The position numbers and the translations under genes were made by a program. A DNA stretch of 58,275 nucleotides from a virus (Duplodnaviria > Caudoviricetes). Where the stretch lies: positions 1 through 58,275 of IMG/VR virus record IMGVR_UViG_3300042328_000969; one strand, written 5' to 3'. Below, in pieces: positions 47,783-57,233 of the stretch (its first letter is position 1; each line of letters begins with the position of its first letter). The notes beneath the pieces were generated by a model that was not told where the DNA came from, searched no databases, and saw nothing but the letters and a program-made list of their open reading frames with translations.

Positions 47783-47959
47783 ATGGACGCAATAATTGAA
47801 AGTTTAGATTTTTTAGATAAAAGCAGTATTGCTTATGTCTTAATGATAATTTTGTTTATGGCTATGGCGTACTTGCACTTCAGCGCATTAGATGAAATTA
47901 CCCGTCTGCGTAGAGCGCTTAAAACCGCAGTCTTGGAGAATAAAAATGGAAAGCGATGA
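47783..47959 (+). CDS. Small membrane protein (58 aa; not in ORF track)
   Basis: GAGGA upstream; hydrophobic IAYVLMIILFMAMAYLHF. Confidence 0.55.
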   Translation: MDAIIESLDFLDKSSIAYVLMIILFMAMAYLHFSALDEITRLRRALKTAVLENKNGKR

Positions 47960-48158
47960 AAAAAAGGAACTTAGAAAACGAACACATAGAAGTATCGTAA
48001 CTAAAGTTAAGAACAATAAAAAGCGTAGGTTTCAACCTTACCAAGATGACTACATTAACTTTTTTGTAAAAATAAATAACGAGGAAACAGTTTATGGGAA
48101 CTATATTAGCTACTCTGACATTGACACTATCGTTTCTGACCTCAGAAACCACTATTGA
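47946..48158 (+). CDS. Hypothetical basic protein
   Basis: GGAGA RBS before ATG 47946. Confidence 0.5.
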   Translation: MESDEKKELRKRTHRSIVTKVKNNKKRRFQPYQDDYINFFVKINNEETVYGNYISYSDIDTIVSDLRNHY

Positions 48159-48351
48159 TAAACACGGTAAAGTAACTACTCATGAAGTGATTGCTTACAC
48201 AACAAGTGTAATCCCTTACGACAGCATGACGGCTTGCACAAACGCTCGTGAAGAGTGGAATCTTGCAGTTGGCGCATACCAAATGTCAAAGCGCCCAACA
48301 AGAGTAATTACAGCAATATGTAATGATGTTAAAACGGGGACGGTACAATGA
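48094..48351 (+). CDS. Small putatively exported protein with Cys pair
   Basis: GAGG RBS, hydrophobic N-terminus, YDSMTAC...AIC. Confidence 0.55.
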   Translation: MGTILATLTLTLSFLTSETTIDKHGKVTTHEVIAYTTSVIPYDSMTACTNAREEWNLAVGAYQMSKRPTRVITAICNDVKTGTVQ

Positions 48352-48536
48352 GTGATATTAAAAATAATGGCGGTACTGCGCTTTCAACTTTTCATGGTAT
48401 GACATTGCGCGATTATTTTGCGGCAAAGGCAATGCAAGCCTATATGTCTGATCCGAATATGACTTGGTCTGACAGTGAAATAGCAAGAGAAGCCTATGTA
48501 ATGGCAGATGCAATGCTTGAAGCTAGAGGTGAATAA
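48348..48536 (+). CDS. Conserved phage protein (GMTLRDYFAAKAMQ family)
   Basis: Hallmark motif and AYVMADAMLEAR. Confidence 0.8.
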   Translation: MSDIKNNGGTALSTFHGMTLRDYFAAKAMQAYMSDPNMTWSDSEIAREAYVMADAMLEARGE

Positions 48537-48748
48537 TGAGTTCCATGACCATTAGACAATTCCGAGAAAAAACAGGAATGTCGCAAGCAACATTAAGACG
48601 TAAATTAATAGCGCTTAATGTATTGCCCGTAGGTGTTAGTAAACAAGGTAAAACAGCATGGCTGTGGGCAACATCTGATTTAGAAAAAGCGTTCTCATTA
48701 GTAAATACTTATTTATCCCCCCGTGGGCGACATAAAAAACTGTGGTGA
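48536..48748 (+). CDS. Small HTH-like protein
   Basis: MTIRQFREKTGMSQATLRRKL. Confidence 0.6.
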   Translation: MSSMTIRQFREKTGMSQATLRRKLIALNVLPVGVSKQGKTAWLWATSDLEKAFSLVNTYLSPRGRHKKLW

Positions 48749-48960
48749 TTAATATGAAATACGACATGATATATGTAGCTATTGCCTCATTTTGTTTAGG
48801 TGTAATTTTAACTTGGAGTATTGACTCAGCATTTCATCGTCATTACTACGAAGTGATTAAAGTAACAACAGGCGAATTTATCATCCATGATGGCAAAATG
48901 TATGCAGTCTATGAGATGGAGCGCAATGTAAAAGGCGAATTGCAAGTAGGTATAAGATGA
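48742..48960 (+). CDS. Small membrane-anchored protein
   Basis: Hydrophobic N-terminal helix. Confidence 0.5.
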   Translation: MVINMKYDMIYVAIASFCLGVILTWSIDSAFHRHYYEVIKVTTGEFIIHDGKMYAVYEMERNVKGELQVGIR

Positions 48961-49528
48961 CCAAAGACGAATGTATAAGTCGCCTTAAAACGGCTCAAAA
49001 AAACAAAAAAGAACTAAGAAAAATTAAACTTCAACTCCTCAAAGAAATAGAGCAGTTGAAGTTGATGCTCAGAGCGCTTGAGGAGGAAGAACAATGGGCG
49101 AGTTAATTTACTGGGCAGTTATTGGGTTTACCGTTATTTGTTTTATGGTTGAGTATAGTAAAGGGGATGACAATGACATTACATGACTGGGTGGCACTTG
49201 TTGCTTATGTAGGATTGATTGGTTTATGTATGAGGATTATATGGACAAAGTTAAAAAGGTAGAAGCAGTACGAGCGTTACCAGACGCTACCAATTGCAAA
49301 CATGATCACTGGCGAGTTTATCAATCACTTGGTTATCGGGAGTGCGATAGATGCAAAGCAAGACGCGCTATATTTAATGACATAAGGCATCAGAGATGAA
49401 CACACTAATAAACATACTGAAGTTTCCTGTATTCCTTATTTGCTGTTTGTTGTACTTAGCAAGTGAGTTGTTACTAGGACTTAGCGTACTGCTAGATTGT
49501 ATTGGGGAAGTGCTTGAGGATTTAATAG

Positions 49529-50131
49529 ATGAATAAAATTGAACATAAAATTGTAGGCTACAAAGTAGTTGATAAGACAGAAGAAAAAGTAGTGTTTGAG
49601 ATGATACACGAGAATTTTCCTCGACCACCGCATTTGACAGGCACAACGTATAAGATTAAGACACCTCAGTCTGAACACGCTTTGTATATCACAATTAACG
49701 ATATGGTGCTGAATGGTGACGAGCGTCATCCCTACGAGATGTTTATTAACAGTAAGAACATGGAGCACTTTCAGTGGGTACTTGCATTAACTCGCTTAGT
49801 GTCGGCTGTTTGGCGCAAAGGTGGTGACAGTACGTTTTTAGTTGAAGAACTCAAGAATGTCTTTGACCCGAAAGGTGGTTACTATAAAAAAGGTGGTGTG
49901 TATATGCCATCGCTCGTAGCAGAAATAGGAACAGTTATCGAGCAACATTTAATAGCAACTGGCGTGATTAAAGTTGAAGTGGATGAACACCAACAGGCGT
50001 ACTTGGAAGCAAAGAAAGAAGAAGCTAAAGGTGTTGAGATGCAACTCTGCACTAAATGTAATGTCAAAGCTCTGATACTAATGGATGGCTGTATGACGTG
50101 TACTAACTGTGGCGATAGTAAATGTGGGTGA
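49529..50131 (+). CDS. nrdJb: NrdJb-like (class II ribonucleotide reductase C-terminal, TSCPD-type) protein
   Basis: GTTYKIKTP...ALYITIND...FINSKNMEHFQW...FDPKGGY; C-terminal CTKC...DGCMTCTNCGDSKCG. Confidence 0.85.
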   Translation: MNKIEHKIVGYKVVDKTEEKVVFEMIHENFPRPPHLTGTTYKIKTPQSEHALYITINDMVLNGDERHPYEMFINSKNMEHFQWVLALTRLVSAVWRKGGDSTFLVEELKNVFDPKGGYYKKGGVYMPSLVAEIGTVIEQHLIATGVIKVEVDEHQQAYLEAKKEEAKGVEMQLCTKCNVKALILMDGCMTCTNCGDSKCG

Positions 50132-50134
50132 TTT

Positions 50135-50545
50135 ATGAGTAAAGAAAGAGAGTTGTTAAAAAGAGTGCTAGATACACTGCGCGAATTAAAAGAAACTCAT
50201 TATGATTTGTACTGGGATATACAAGCTGAACTAGACCTAGATGAGCAAGTGCCTGTGGCGTGGATGTCAACAAAAGGAGAAGGCGGTCTTACTGACGATA
50301 GTTATTATGCTAACCACAAAGATTATGTGCCACTCTACCTAGCACCACAAAAACAAGAACCTTTGAGTGATGATGAAATTTTTAACATTGGATACAATGC
50401 AGGATTCACTCTTGACCATGTTAAAGATGATGATGGTTCTGTCTACGGCTTTTTAAACGAGTATGGTTACATTGATAATAGCCCCTATTTTAAGTTTGTC
50501 AGAGCAATAGAAAAAGAACACGGTATTGGAGTAGAAAATGAATAA
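50135..50545 (+). CDS. Hypothetical phage protein
   Basis: QVPVAW...PLYLAP..EPLSDDEI...FVRAIEKEHGI pattern. Confidence 0.7.
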   Translation: MSKERELLKRVLDTLRELKETHYDLYWDIQAELDLDEQVPVAWMSTKGEGGLTDDSYYANHKDYVPLYLAPQKQEPLSDDEIFNIGYNAGFTLDHVKDDDGSVYGFLNEYGYIDNSPYFKFVRAIEKEHGIGVENE

Positions 50546-50798
50546 AGAATTAGCCCTCCGCACCATAAAACTGCTGTCAGCATTAGAGGCTTATGCCTTT
50601 ATGATTGAAAAGTTTATGCCAGATTATCTGCACGACGAGCTTATAACAATTGTGAGTGATTTGGAAAGCATCGTGCTTGATAAGCCAATTGAAACCGATT
50701 TTTTAACAGCGAGTAAATACAGCGGAGCTGAATACACAAATCCGCACAAACACAATAATAGCTTATTGCAAAGCGTTGCACTAAAGGAAACAAAATGA
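50538..50798 (+). CDS. Hypothetical protein
   Basis: GGAG RBS; overlaps both neighbours. Confidence 0.6.
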   Translation: MNKELALRTIKLLSALEAYAFMIEKFMPDYLHDELITIVSDLESIVLDKPIETDFLTASKYSGAEYTNPHKHNNSLLQSVALKETK

Positions 50799-51235
50799 AA
50801 ATTGAAATTAAGAAGCTAGACCAAAAAGTGATACTACCGGCTTACGAAACATCTGGCGCAGCGGCTGTGGATTTACGCGCTAACATCAATAAGGCAATCA
50901 AACTTGATCTTGGCGAAACAGCGTTGATTCCTACAGGTATTGCCATCAACATCAATGACGATAATGTCGCAGCGGTAATCTTACCTCGCAGTGGTCTTGG
51001 GCATAATCACGGTATCAAACTCGGCAATAGTGTTGGCTTAATTGATAGCGACTACACGGGAGAACTTAAAGTGTCAGTAAAGAATACAGGTACTGGTGTG
51101 TACAAGATTAATCCGCAAGACCGCATTGCTCAAATGAAGTTTATTCCAATAGTGCGAGCAGAGTTTATAGAGGTAGAGGAGTTCAGTAGTAGCACTGAAC
51201 GTGGTGCGGGTGGATTTGGTAGTACGGGGGTATAA
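50795..51235 (+). CDS. dut: dUTPase
   Basis: [34 protein letters not shown]. Confidence 0.97.
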   Translation: MKIEIKKLDQKVILPAYETSGAAAVDLRANINKAIKLDLGETALIPTGIAININDDNVAAVILPRSGLGHNHGIKLGNSVGLIDSDYTGELKVSVKNTGTGVYKINPQDRIAQMKFIPIVRAEFIEVEEFSSSTERGAGGFGSTGV

Positions 51236-51236
51236 C

Positions 51237-51671
51237 ATGAGCTTATTAACAGAAGAACAGATTGCCGAACTTGCTTGTATTGCTAGTAACCAATCGACAA
51301 GTAAAGATTTGTACCAAGAATTTTGTGAATGGAACGAAAAGCAGGATGACTTATGTGGTTTTTTACAATGCTATGAACCAAAATGGCTTTATTTATATAA
51401 AAATGTAAAAAAAATGGACATTAAAGTTAATTTTTATAGTGATAATGAAAATATATTAGAAGCGCTTATTGTTACACACCACCGACCAGAACCAGTCATC
51501 ACACCACACCCACACGCTGAAATGATTATGAAATATGCTGAGGTAGCGCAAAGACGAGTTGACCCTTGGGTGGAGTTTGAATATGAGGATTGTGGTCAAT
51601 GGGAGAGTTTAGATGACCACCCAATGTGGACACACAATACAGAATACCGCCACATTGGAGAAGCAAAATGA
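51237..51671 (+). CDS. Hypothetical protein
   Basis: PHPHAEMIMKYAE...W...EYR motif; ATG 51237. Confidence 0.6.
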   Translation: MSLLTEEQIAELACIASNQSTSKDLYQEFCEWNEKQDDLCGFLQCYEPKWLYLYKNVKKMDIKVNFYSDNENILEALIVTHHRPEPVITPHPHAEMIMKYAEVAQRRVDPWVEFEYEDCGQWESLDDHPMWTHNTEYRHIGEAK

Positions 51672-51880
51672 TTACAACAACAGCTTATATTTTAATTAGT
51701 ACGATTACATCGTGGTCATCAAGCATCCATACTACACAGTCAACAGCCACATTTGCAGACAAGGTATCATGTGAATCAGCGGCAACAAGACAAGACTTTG
51801 TTTTGAAATCTATGCAGTTGACTAGCTCAAAATGGAATTTAACCTGCCATCCTTATCAACTTACTGGAGAGAAGAAATGA
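51668..51880 (+). CDS. Small putatively exported protein with Cys pair
   Basis: GGAGA RBS; FADKVSCESAA...TC. Confidence 0.55.
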   Translation: MITTTAYILISTITSWSSSIHTTQSTATFADKVSCESAATRQDFVLKSMQLTSSKWNLTCHPYQLTGEKK

Positions 51881-52449
51881 AAGTAACCCTAGTGCAAAGC
51901 ACACCCAATCCCGAAGAACACATCGGATTACTGGCAGGAATATGCTACGGTAAGACAGGTGAACAATCACCAGAGCAATGTATTAAGAGAGCTTACCACT
52001 GCGTAACCAAAGGGCATTTATCTACACTGCGGTTTGCCCATGCTACGTTTTTGATTGAGGGTATTAGCCGTATCTGTAGTCACCAGTTTGTTCGCAGTAA
52101 GCATTTGGATTTCTTGCAACGTAGCCAACGGTATTGTAATGAAGAAGAAACTAATGTGATTATCCCAGAAAGTATTAGCAAATATGATTTGGTGTTAGAA
52201 CATATGTCTGATTCAATTAAAATATATGAAAATCTAATTCTTAATGGCGTTAAAAAAGAAGACGCACGGTTCATCCTGCCACAAGGCACGACAACAGAAT
52301 TACTGGTAGTAGGTAACTTCCAAGCGTGGTATGACTTTATTAAACTGCGCAGTGGTAAAGAAGCACAGTGGGAGATACGCGCAGTGGCACATGAGATTAA
52401 CCGTCAACTGCATGGGATTGCACCAAACGTATTTGTGGAGCTTGATTAA
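51877..52449 (+). CDS. thyX: Flavin-dependent thymidylate synthase
   Basis: GHLS, ISRICSHQFVRS, SQRY, EDARFILP, LRSGKEAQWEIR. Confidence 0.92.
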   Translation: MKVTLVQSTPNPEEHIGLLAGICYGKTGEQSPEQCIKRAYHCVTKGHLSTLRFAHATFLIEGISRICSHQFVRSKHLDFLQRSQRYCNEEETNVIIPESISKYDLVLEHMSDSIKIYENLILNGVKKEDARFILPQGTTTELLVVGNFQAWYDFIKLRSGKEAQWEIRAVAHEINRQLHGIAPNVFVELD

Positions 52450-52697
52450 TGACTGAGCAACTAAAAGAGTGTTGTTATTGCCGAAAGAAATTACCACTAG
52501 ATGCGTATTACATAAAAAGCACAAGGCGATTATCATCAGACTGTAAAGCCTGTCATCGATCAAAAGCCGCACTTAGACAGCGATTAACACAAAAAGTAAA
52601 ACTTGAATCACGGCAACTTGATTTTGCGCTTTACCGTGAGTTTATAACAAGGCACTTAATTGTTCCAAAGCAATGGGAATTAACACTATGTCATTAG
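52449..52697 (+). CDS. Zinc-finger protein
   Basis: CCYC...CKAC. Confidence 0.65.
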   Translation: MTEQLKECCYCRKKLPLDAYYIKSTRRLSSDCKACHRSKAALRQRLTQKVKLESRQLDFALYREFITRHLIVPKQWELTLCH

Positions 52698-53236
52698 AAA
52701 AAGTTATTTTTGAAATTATGCGCTATAACGAATTTTGGACAGTGACTGAAATTCATGATCGTGCAATGGTGACTCAGCCGTTTATTAAACGACCCGATGT
52801 GTTCGCAGCTATGCACGAAATGGTTAACAACAATATCCTAACTAAAGAACCTAACGGTAAAGACAGTTTCTATCGTTTGAAAAATTACGATCCGGCAGAT
52901 AAGCATCAAAAAGAAACTGAAGCGCAAGTAAAAATAGAAACGGATATTCCTGCCGAGTTTAACCGACACGATGAAGCACTGCGCCAAATTGAACTCAGAA
53001 AGGAAGATAAACAAAAAGCCGATTCTCACTATCAATTCAGCTATAAAGGTCATAAAATAGACCCTTATCGCATCTTTAGAATTTATAATATCGTAGCACC
53101 AGAGCAACAACACGCTATCAAGAAATTACTTCGAGCCGGTAAGTCAGTTAAGACGCTTGACCAAGATATTGATGAGGTTATTCTTACGCTACAGCGCTGG
53201 AAAGAGATTTTAAAAGAAGATGTTAAACTGAACTGA
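52688..53236 (+). CDS. wHTH-like + DUF3310-like protein
   Basis: SHYQ...IDPYR...QHAIKKLLRAG. Confidence 0.6.
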   Translation: MSLEKVIFEIMRYNEFWTVTEIHDRAMVTQPFIKRPDVFAAMHEMVNNNILTKEPNGKDSFYRLKNYDPADKHQKETEAQVKIETDIPAEFNRHDEALRQIELRKEDKQKADSHYQFSYKGHKIDPYRIFRIYNIVAPEQQHAIKKLLRAGKSVKTLDQDIDEVILTLQRWKEILKEDVKLN

Positions 53237-53238
53237 CC

Positions 53239-53508
53239 ATGATTACATGGTCTGATTTGACACTACCGCCCATAAACTTATGGAATTTACCAAGACAAAT
53301 TAAGATGGCTACAGAAGAAGGAAATACCGACCTTGCAACGCAACATGAAGAAATGATGCGTGACAAGGCGATAACTATTATAAGGTCAAAAGCATCGGCT
53401 ATTGATACCAGCAACCCCACAGGCTTATGCTGGACGTGTGGTGACTATATTGGTCATGGGCGTAGATGGTGTGATGCAGATTGTCGAGATAACGTAAATG
53501 AAACCTAA
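53239..53508 (+). CDS. TraR/DksA-like C4 zinc-finger protein
   Basis: DLA..HEE...TGLCWTCG...RWCDADC. Confidence 0.6.
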   Translation: MITWSDLTLPPINLWNLPRQIKMATEEGNTDLATQHEEMMRDKAITIIRSKASAIDTSNPTGLCWTCGDYIGHGRRWCDADCRDNVNET

Positions 53509-53644
53509 ACTAAAAAAAGTAGGGCGACTTTGGGTATGTTACACAGAGTGGGAAGATACGGTAACTTGTACGGGTAAGTCACCAGAACAAGCGTATTATA
53601 GGTGGTTAACCAAAAACCAATTGAAATTAGAAGAAAGCCGCTGA
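53498..53644 (+). CDS. Small protein (48 aa; not in ORF track)
   Basis: MKPKLKKVGRLWVC...GKSPEQAYYRW. Confidence 0.55.
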   Translation: MKPKLKKVGRLWVCYTEWEDTVTCTGKSPEQAYYRWLTKNQLKLEESR

Positions 53645-53658
53645 GTAAGCGGCTTTTT
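53634..53658. terminator. Bidirectional terminator between the converging arms
   Basis: AAAGCCGCT/AGCGGCTTT stem with A/T runs. Confidence 0.8.
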
Positions 53659-53660
53659 AA

Positions 53661-54107
53661 TTATTTGCTTAAAAACAATTCTGCTTCAGCGTTGCGTCGT
53701 CGTGTAAGACCAGCAAGCGGTTTACCCCCTGCTTTATCCCATCGTAAAAATTGCTTTGCAATCTCAGATTTAGGATTACCGGCTTTGAGCATTTTAACAA
53801 GCGTTGAACTGGCTAAATTACCTGCTCCGATATTGTAAGTAAGCGATACCAGCGCATCAAATTCATTTTGAGTTAAATCAACCTTAATGGCGTTTACTGC
53901 GTGTTCATATGACGTTAATGTTTTAGATAATAGTAGTAACGCAGCTTCTTCATTTGCTAAAGTCTGACCTTGTTTAACTGCGCTCCCATCAGCATATCGC
54001 GTTGAGCCAATACCAATAGTCCATACACCCGCAGGGCATTTATAAGCAGTCAGTTTACACCCTTCAAATTCTTTAATTAAACGTAAACCTTTATTGCCAA
54101 TATTCAT
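53661..54107 (-). CDS. Endolysin, GH24 lysozyme
   Basis: FEGCKLTAYKCPAGVWTIGIG, FDALVSLTYNIG, GLTRRRNAE. Confidence 0.95.
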   Translation of the reverse strand: MNIGNKGLRLIKEFEGCKLTAYKCPAGVWTIGIGSTRYADGSAVKQGQTLANEEAALLLLSKTLTSYEHAVNAIKVDLTQNEFDALVSLTYNIGAGNLASSTLVKMLKAGNPKSEIAKQFLRWDKAGGKPLAGLTRRRNAEAELFLSK

Positions 54108-54346
54108 TTTCTCGATCTCATAGAAAGTACCGTAATTAATTTTTGTGTTAAGCGAATCATATCATTATCAAGCAGGCGTATTTGGTCGATTAATTCAATC
54201 AGCGCGTCTGTTGTTTCAGTAAGGATTGGCTTAACAATTGTCGTTACCCATATCCACACGAAATAGACGATATACCCCATGCTACTCGATGCAATAATGG
54301 GGAATCCATATTGGTTGATATATTTAGCTAATGCGTCAACATCCAT
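54104..54346 (-). CDS. Putative holin (GFPI-type) 1
   Basis: YGFPII plus a TM helix and coiled coil; adjacent to the endolysin. Confidence 0.6.
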   Translation of the reverse strand: MDVDALAKYINQYGFPIIASSSMGYIVYFVWIWVTTIVKPILTETTDALIELIDQIRLLDNDMIRLTQKLITVLSMRSRK

Positions 54347-54624
54347 TAATCAATTCTCTTTTCTTGCGGGTTATTAAAACGCGCCACCTTCTCTTTTTCA
54401 ATTGGCATATCAAGTGTTTCTGTCATGAGTACATCTATTTTTACAATATCCTCTGACATAGCAGTGACACGCTTATCAAGTTGCTTGATGATACCGATAA
54501 GGCTTTTAATCTTTTCAAGTACACTATCAAGCAGGAATTTGATGGTCAAAAATACAAAGTACATTCCTACACACGCAGCGGCAATGGGGAAACCTACGTC
54601 CGTTGCAAACTGTAAAAATTCCAT
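54346..54624 (-). CDS. Putative holin (GFPI-type) 2
   Basis: VGFPIA plus a TM helix and coiled coil; paralogous to its neighbour. Confidence 0.6.
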   Translation of the reverse strand: MEFLQFATDVGFPIAAACVGMYFVFLTIKFLLDSVLEKIKSLIGIIKQLDKRVTAMSEDIVKIDVLMTETLDMPIEKEKVARFNNPQEKRID

Positions 54625-54836
54625 TATTTACTTGTCCACCAAGCAATAAACGAAAACAATGCGCCCACTGTGAAAACAATTCCACCGAGAAACCCCTTGT
54701 AACGAGTCTGGTCGTTCTTCATTTCTTCAAGAGTAGCAATTATGGAGTCAAGTTTTTTACCCCGATCTTCAAATATTTCTTCGAGGTTTTCAATTCGTTG
54801 CTCTACTTTAGCTAATCTGCAAGCATCATCAGGCAT
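54624..54836 (-). CDS. Coiled-coil protein with C-terminal TM (lysis cassette)
   Basis: RLAKVEQRIENLE...GFLGGIVFTVGALFSFIAWW. Confidence 0.55.
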   Translation of the reverse strand: MPDDACRLAKVEQRIENLEEIFEDRGKKLDSIIATLEEMKNDQTRYKGFLGGIVFTVGALFSFIAWWTSK

Positions 54837-55263
54837 TATCGTACTCCGCTAATTGCTGTCTAAGTTGACCAATCTGAAGCTCAACGTCTGCAAGCCATGT
54901 GGTGTCGATAGCTAAAATAGCTTCGCGCTGTCTGCGTGGTGTGACTGAATCTTCTAGTTTTGCAATTTCTGCTTTGATTTTTGCTTTCTCATCTTCACTC
55001 TTTTGCGCTTGTGCTAACACTAACTGCTCGTCATTGAGGTCTAAGACTATCCATGTTTGCTCCCAGTGACCTTTTATTGTTTCAACTGGAACACTTTGAG
55101 CTACAGTCTGTGTGTACTTGTCGTAAGTAGGTTGAGGTGCATCAAATACTACTGCATAACCTTCTATTGTAAAAGGTGATGGGAAAGATGTATTAGGGTG
55201 TGCGCTACGGATTTCATGCTCCGTGCTGACTTGTTTTGTTTCTAAATTGATGTAATTAGCCAT
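54829..55263 (-). CDS. Putative tail fibre assembly chaperone
   Basis: HPNTSFP...W.QTW motif; follows the fibre genes. Confidence 0.6.
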   Translation of the reverse strand: MANYINLETKQVSTEHEIRSAHPNTSFPSPFTIEGYAVVFDAPQPTYDKYTQTVAQSVPVETIKGHWEQTWIVLDLNDEQLVLAQAQKSEDEKAKIKAEIAKLEDSVTPRRQREAILAIDTTWLADVELQIGQLRQQLAEYDNA

Positions 55264-55271
55264 TGTTGTTC

Positions 55272-57233
55272 TCAAGAAATTGCAAGATAAATGTAAGATA
55301 CGCCAGATGCGTTAATTGAACAAGTTGCTTCTTGGTTTACTGTAATCCCCGCAGCGTAAGGGTCAACAGCATCAGCCGTGGTTATTTCAGCAGCAGTTGA
55401 GTTTAATTGCAAAGCAGGGTCATTTCCAGCCGTAATACCTCTAGCACTATCCCAAACCCACCATGAACCTGTTGTGCTTGTCGCTTTTACTAAGAAAAAT
55501 CTTGCACCAGCCGCAAATCCGCATTCGATGTTTTGACTAGAACCATTACCTGTATAAGAACCTACTTTAGAGATTCCAGCGAGTGTGGCGAATAGATAGG
55601 CGACATAGTTGTATCCAGTTTCATTTGAATCGTTAACAGCACCTACAGCAAAAGAAGAAGAAGTAGGGGCTGAAAATAAAGTGTTTCCTGTCCCGTAGGT
55701 TGATGTGCTACCAGCCCAATTAAAGTTTAAATATGTTTTTATGTAAGTTGTAGCACCAAAATTTGTATGTACATTCCATTCGTTTGGGGCATTTCTTGCC
55801 TTCATAATTATTAGCTCAGGAGTAACAGCTAAATTATGGTAAATCGCAGTATTTGACGTGGAATTTCCACTCCAGCAAACCTCATCAAAGAATCCGGGTG
55901 CGCGTTTGAACATCTCATAAATTTCATTATCTCCCCCACTAGACCACGCATCATAGTAAGTGGTATTTGATTGAAATGTATTAGATACTGAATATGTAGA
56001 ACTTTCAGCGTTTGTTGAGCTGGTTTGTAAAGCTGGAGTATTGCGAAGTCTATCTAATATTAAAAAATTATATGTCCATGACCCGTTTCTTTTTCCTTGT
56101 ATAACCATGTCAACAGGGAAACCCGCGGTCGCTTGGTATGGAGGAACAACATGAGAGTCTGGCATAAACACCTGCGTCCCCGTTGTAGGCGGCTTGTTGG
56201 GCATACGGATTGCCATGTAGATAAAAGATGTTCCAGAACTGCTACCTAATCCACCGTAATGAAACCCAGTTGCAGTTGGGTATCTAGTTGTATCTGGATA
56301 GTTAACAGACTCGGCACTTGATAAATTTGCAAATAAGTAGCACTGACCAGACATATCAAACCCACGCATGGTATCAAATATCTGCCAATTACCTGCATCA
56401 TCACTCCTTTTAATCATCACATATTGCGGTTGCCATCCTAGTGAAATATCATACCCTGCAACAGTCCCATTTGTTGTAAACGACCCACACTGAATAATCC
56501 CAGTTGATGACGTGTCGTGGGCGTATAGGTAGGCGACGTAGGTTGCTCCGTTGATGTTTGCATTGTTGTTACCAACATCTAAATACAATGGATTAAATGT
56601 TGTTGCTGTCGCGTAATTTTGGTCGCTATATAAAAATCCACCAGCACTTGTATTAAGACCAAAATCATTTGTTCCCGATGCTGATGTGTAATAGTTAGTG
56701 TCACTTGCTCGCGCTAAACAAAACCAGTTCTGACTAGCATCTGTTCTTTTAACTATAATAAACGCTGGTTTTGACGTAAGCGAATGTGAGATATTTTGAC
56801 CTCCACCGTTACCATTCCCCGTATAAGTCACCACATCAAAAAACTTCGGTGCTTTGCGGAATGTCCATGAGGCGTAGTTGTTTGGAGGCGTTCCGTCTGA
56901 CGTAGTAGAATTTAGCTCTGTTCCAGTTACAGTAAAGCCAGAAGACAATCTGGTTATATTTTGCCCTGCATTTAAAGCTGCCGTTGTGTTTGAACGCAGT
57001 CTCCCGTTGGTAACGCTATCCATAAGCACATGGTTTGTAACATTACCACTAGTATCAAAAGGCATGCGGGATTTACACCACACCAACCCACCCTGCCCAG
57101 CCAAGTCAATGCCGTTAGTAATAGTTTGCGTTGAGCCGTTGCCGGTGTAGAGATAGGTTGAGAATACATCATCGACATAGAGCGTAGCGTCTGCGCTGTT
57201 ACCTGCTGCTTCTTTTAATTTAGTAGATAGCAT
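55272..57233 (-). CDS. Repeat-containing tail/receptor-binding protein, cassette B
   Basis: Repeated (F)DVVxYTGNG / PxFIIVKR / YVAYLFA units; ATG 57233 overlaps the upstream stop. Confidence 0.75.
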   Translation of the reverse strand: MLSTKLKEAAGNSADATLYVDDVFSTYLYTGNGSTQTITNGIDLAGQGGLVWCKSRMPFDTSGNVTNHVLMDSVTNGRLRSNTTAALNAGQNITRLSSGFTVTGTELNSTTSDGTPPNNYASWTFRKAPKFFDVVTYTGNGNGGGQNISHSLTSKPAFIIVKRTDASQNWFCLARASDTNYYTSASGTNDFGLNTSAGGFLYSDQNYATATTFNPLYLDVGNNNANINGATYVAYLYAHDTSSTGIIQCGSFTTNGTVAGYDISLGWQPQYVMIKRSDDAGNWQIFDTMRGFDMSGQCYLFANLSSAESVNYPDTTRYPTATGFHYGGLGSSSGTSFIYMAIRMPNKPPTTGTQVFMPDSHVVPPYQATAGFPVDMVIQGKRNGSWTYNFLILDRLRNTPALQTSSTNAESSTYSVSNTFQSNTTYYDAWSSGGDNEIYEMFKRAPGFFDEVCWSGNSTSNTAIYHNLAVTPELIIMKARNAPNEWNVHTNFGATTYIKTYLNFNWAGSTSTYGTGNTLFSAPTSSSFAVGAVNDSNETGYNYVAYLFATLAGISKVGSYTGNGSSQNIECGFAAGARFFLVKATSTTGSWWVWDSARGITAGNDPALQLNSTAAEITTADAVDPYAAGITVNQEATCSINASGVSYIYLAIS

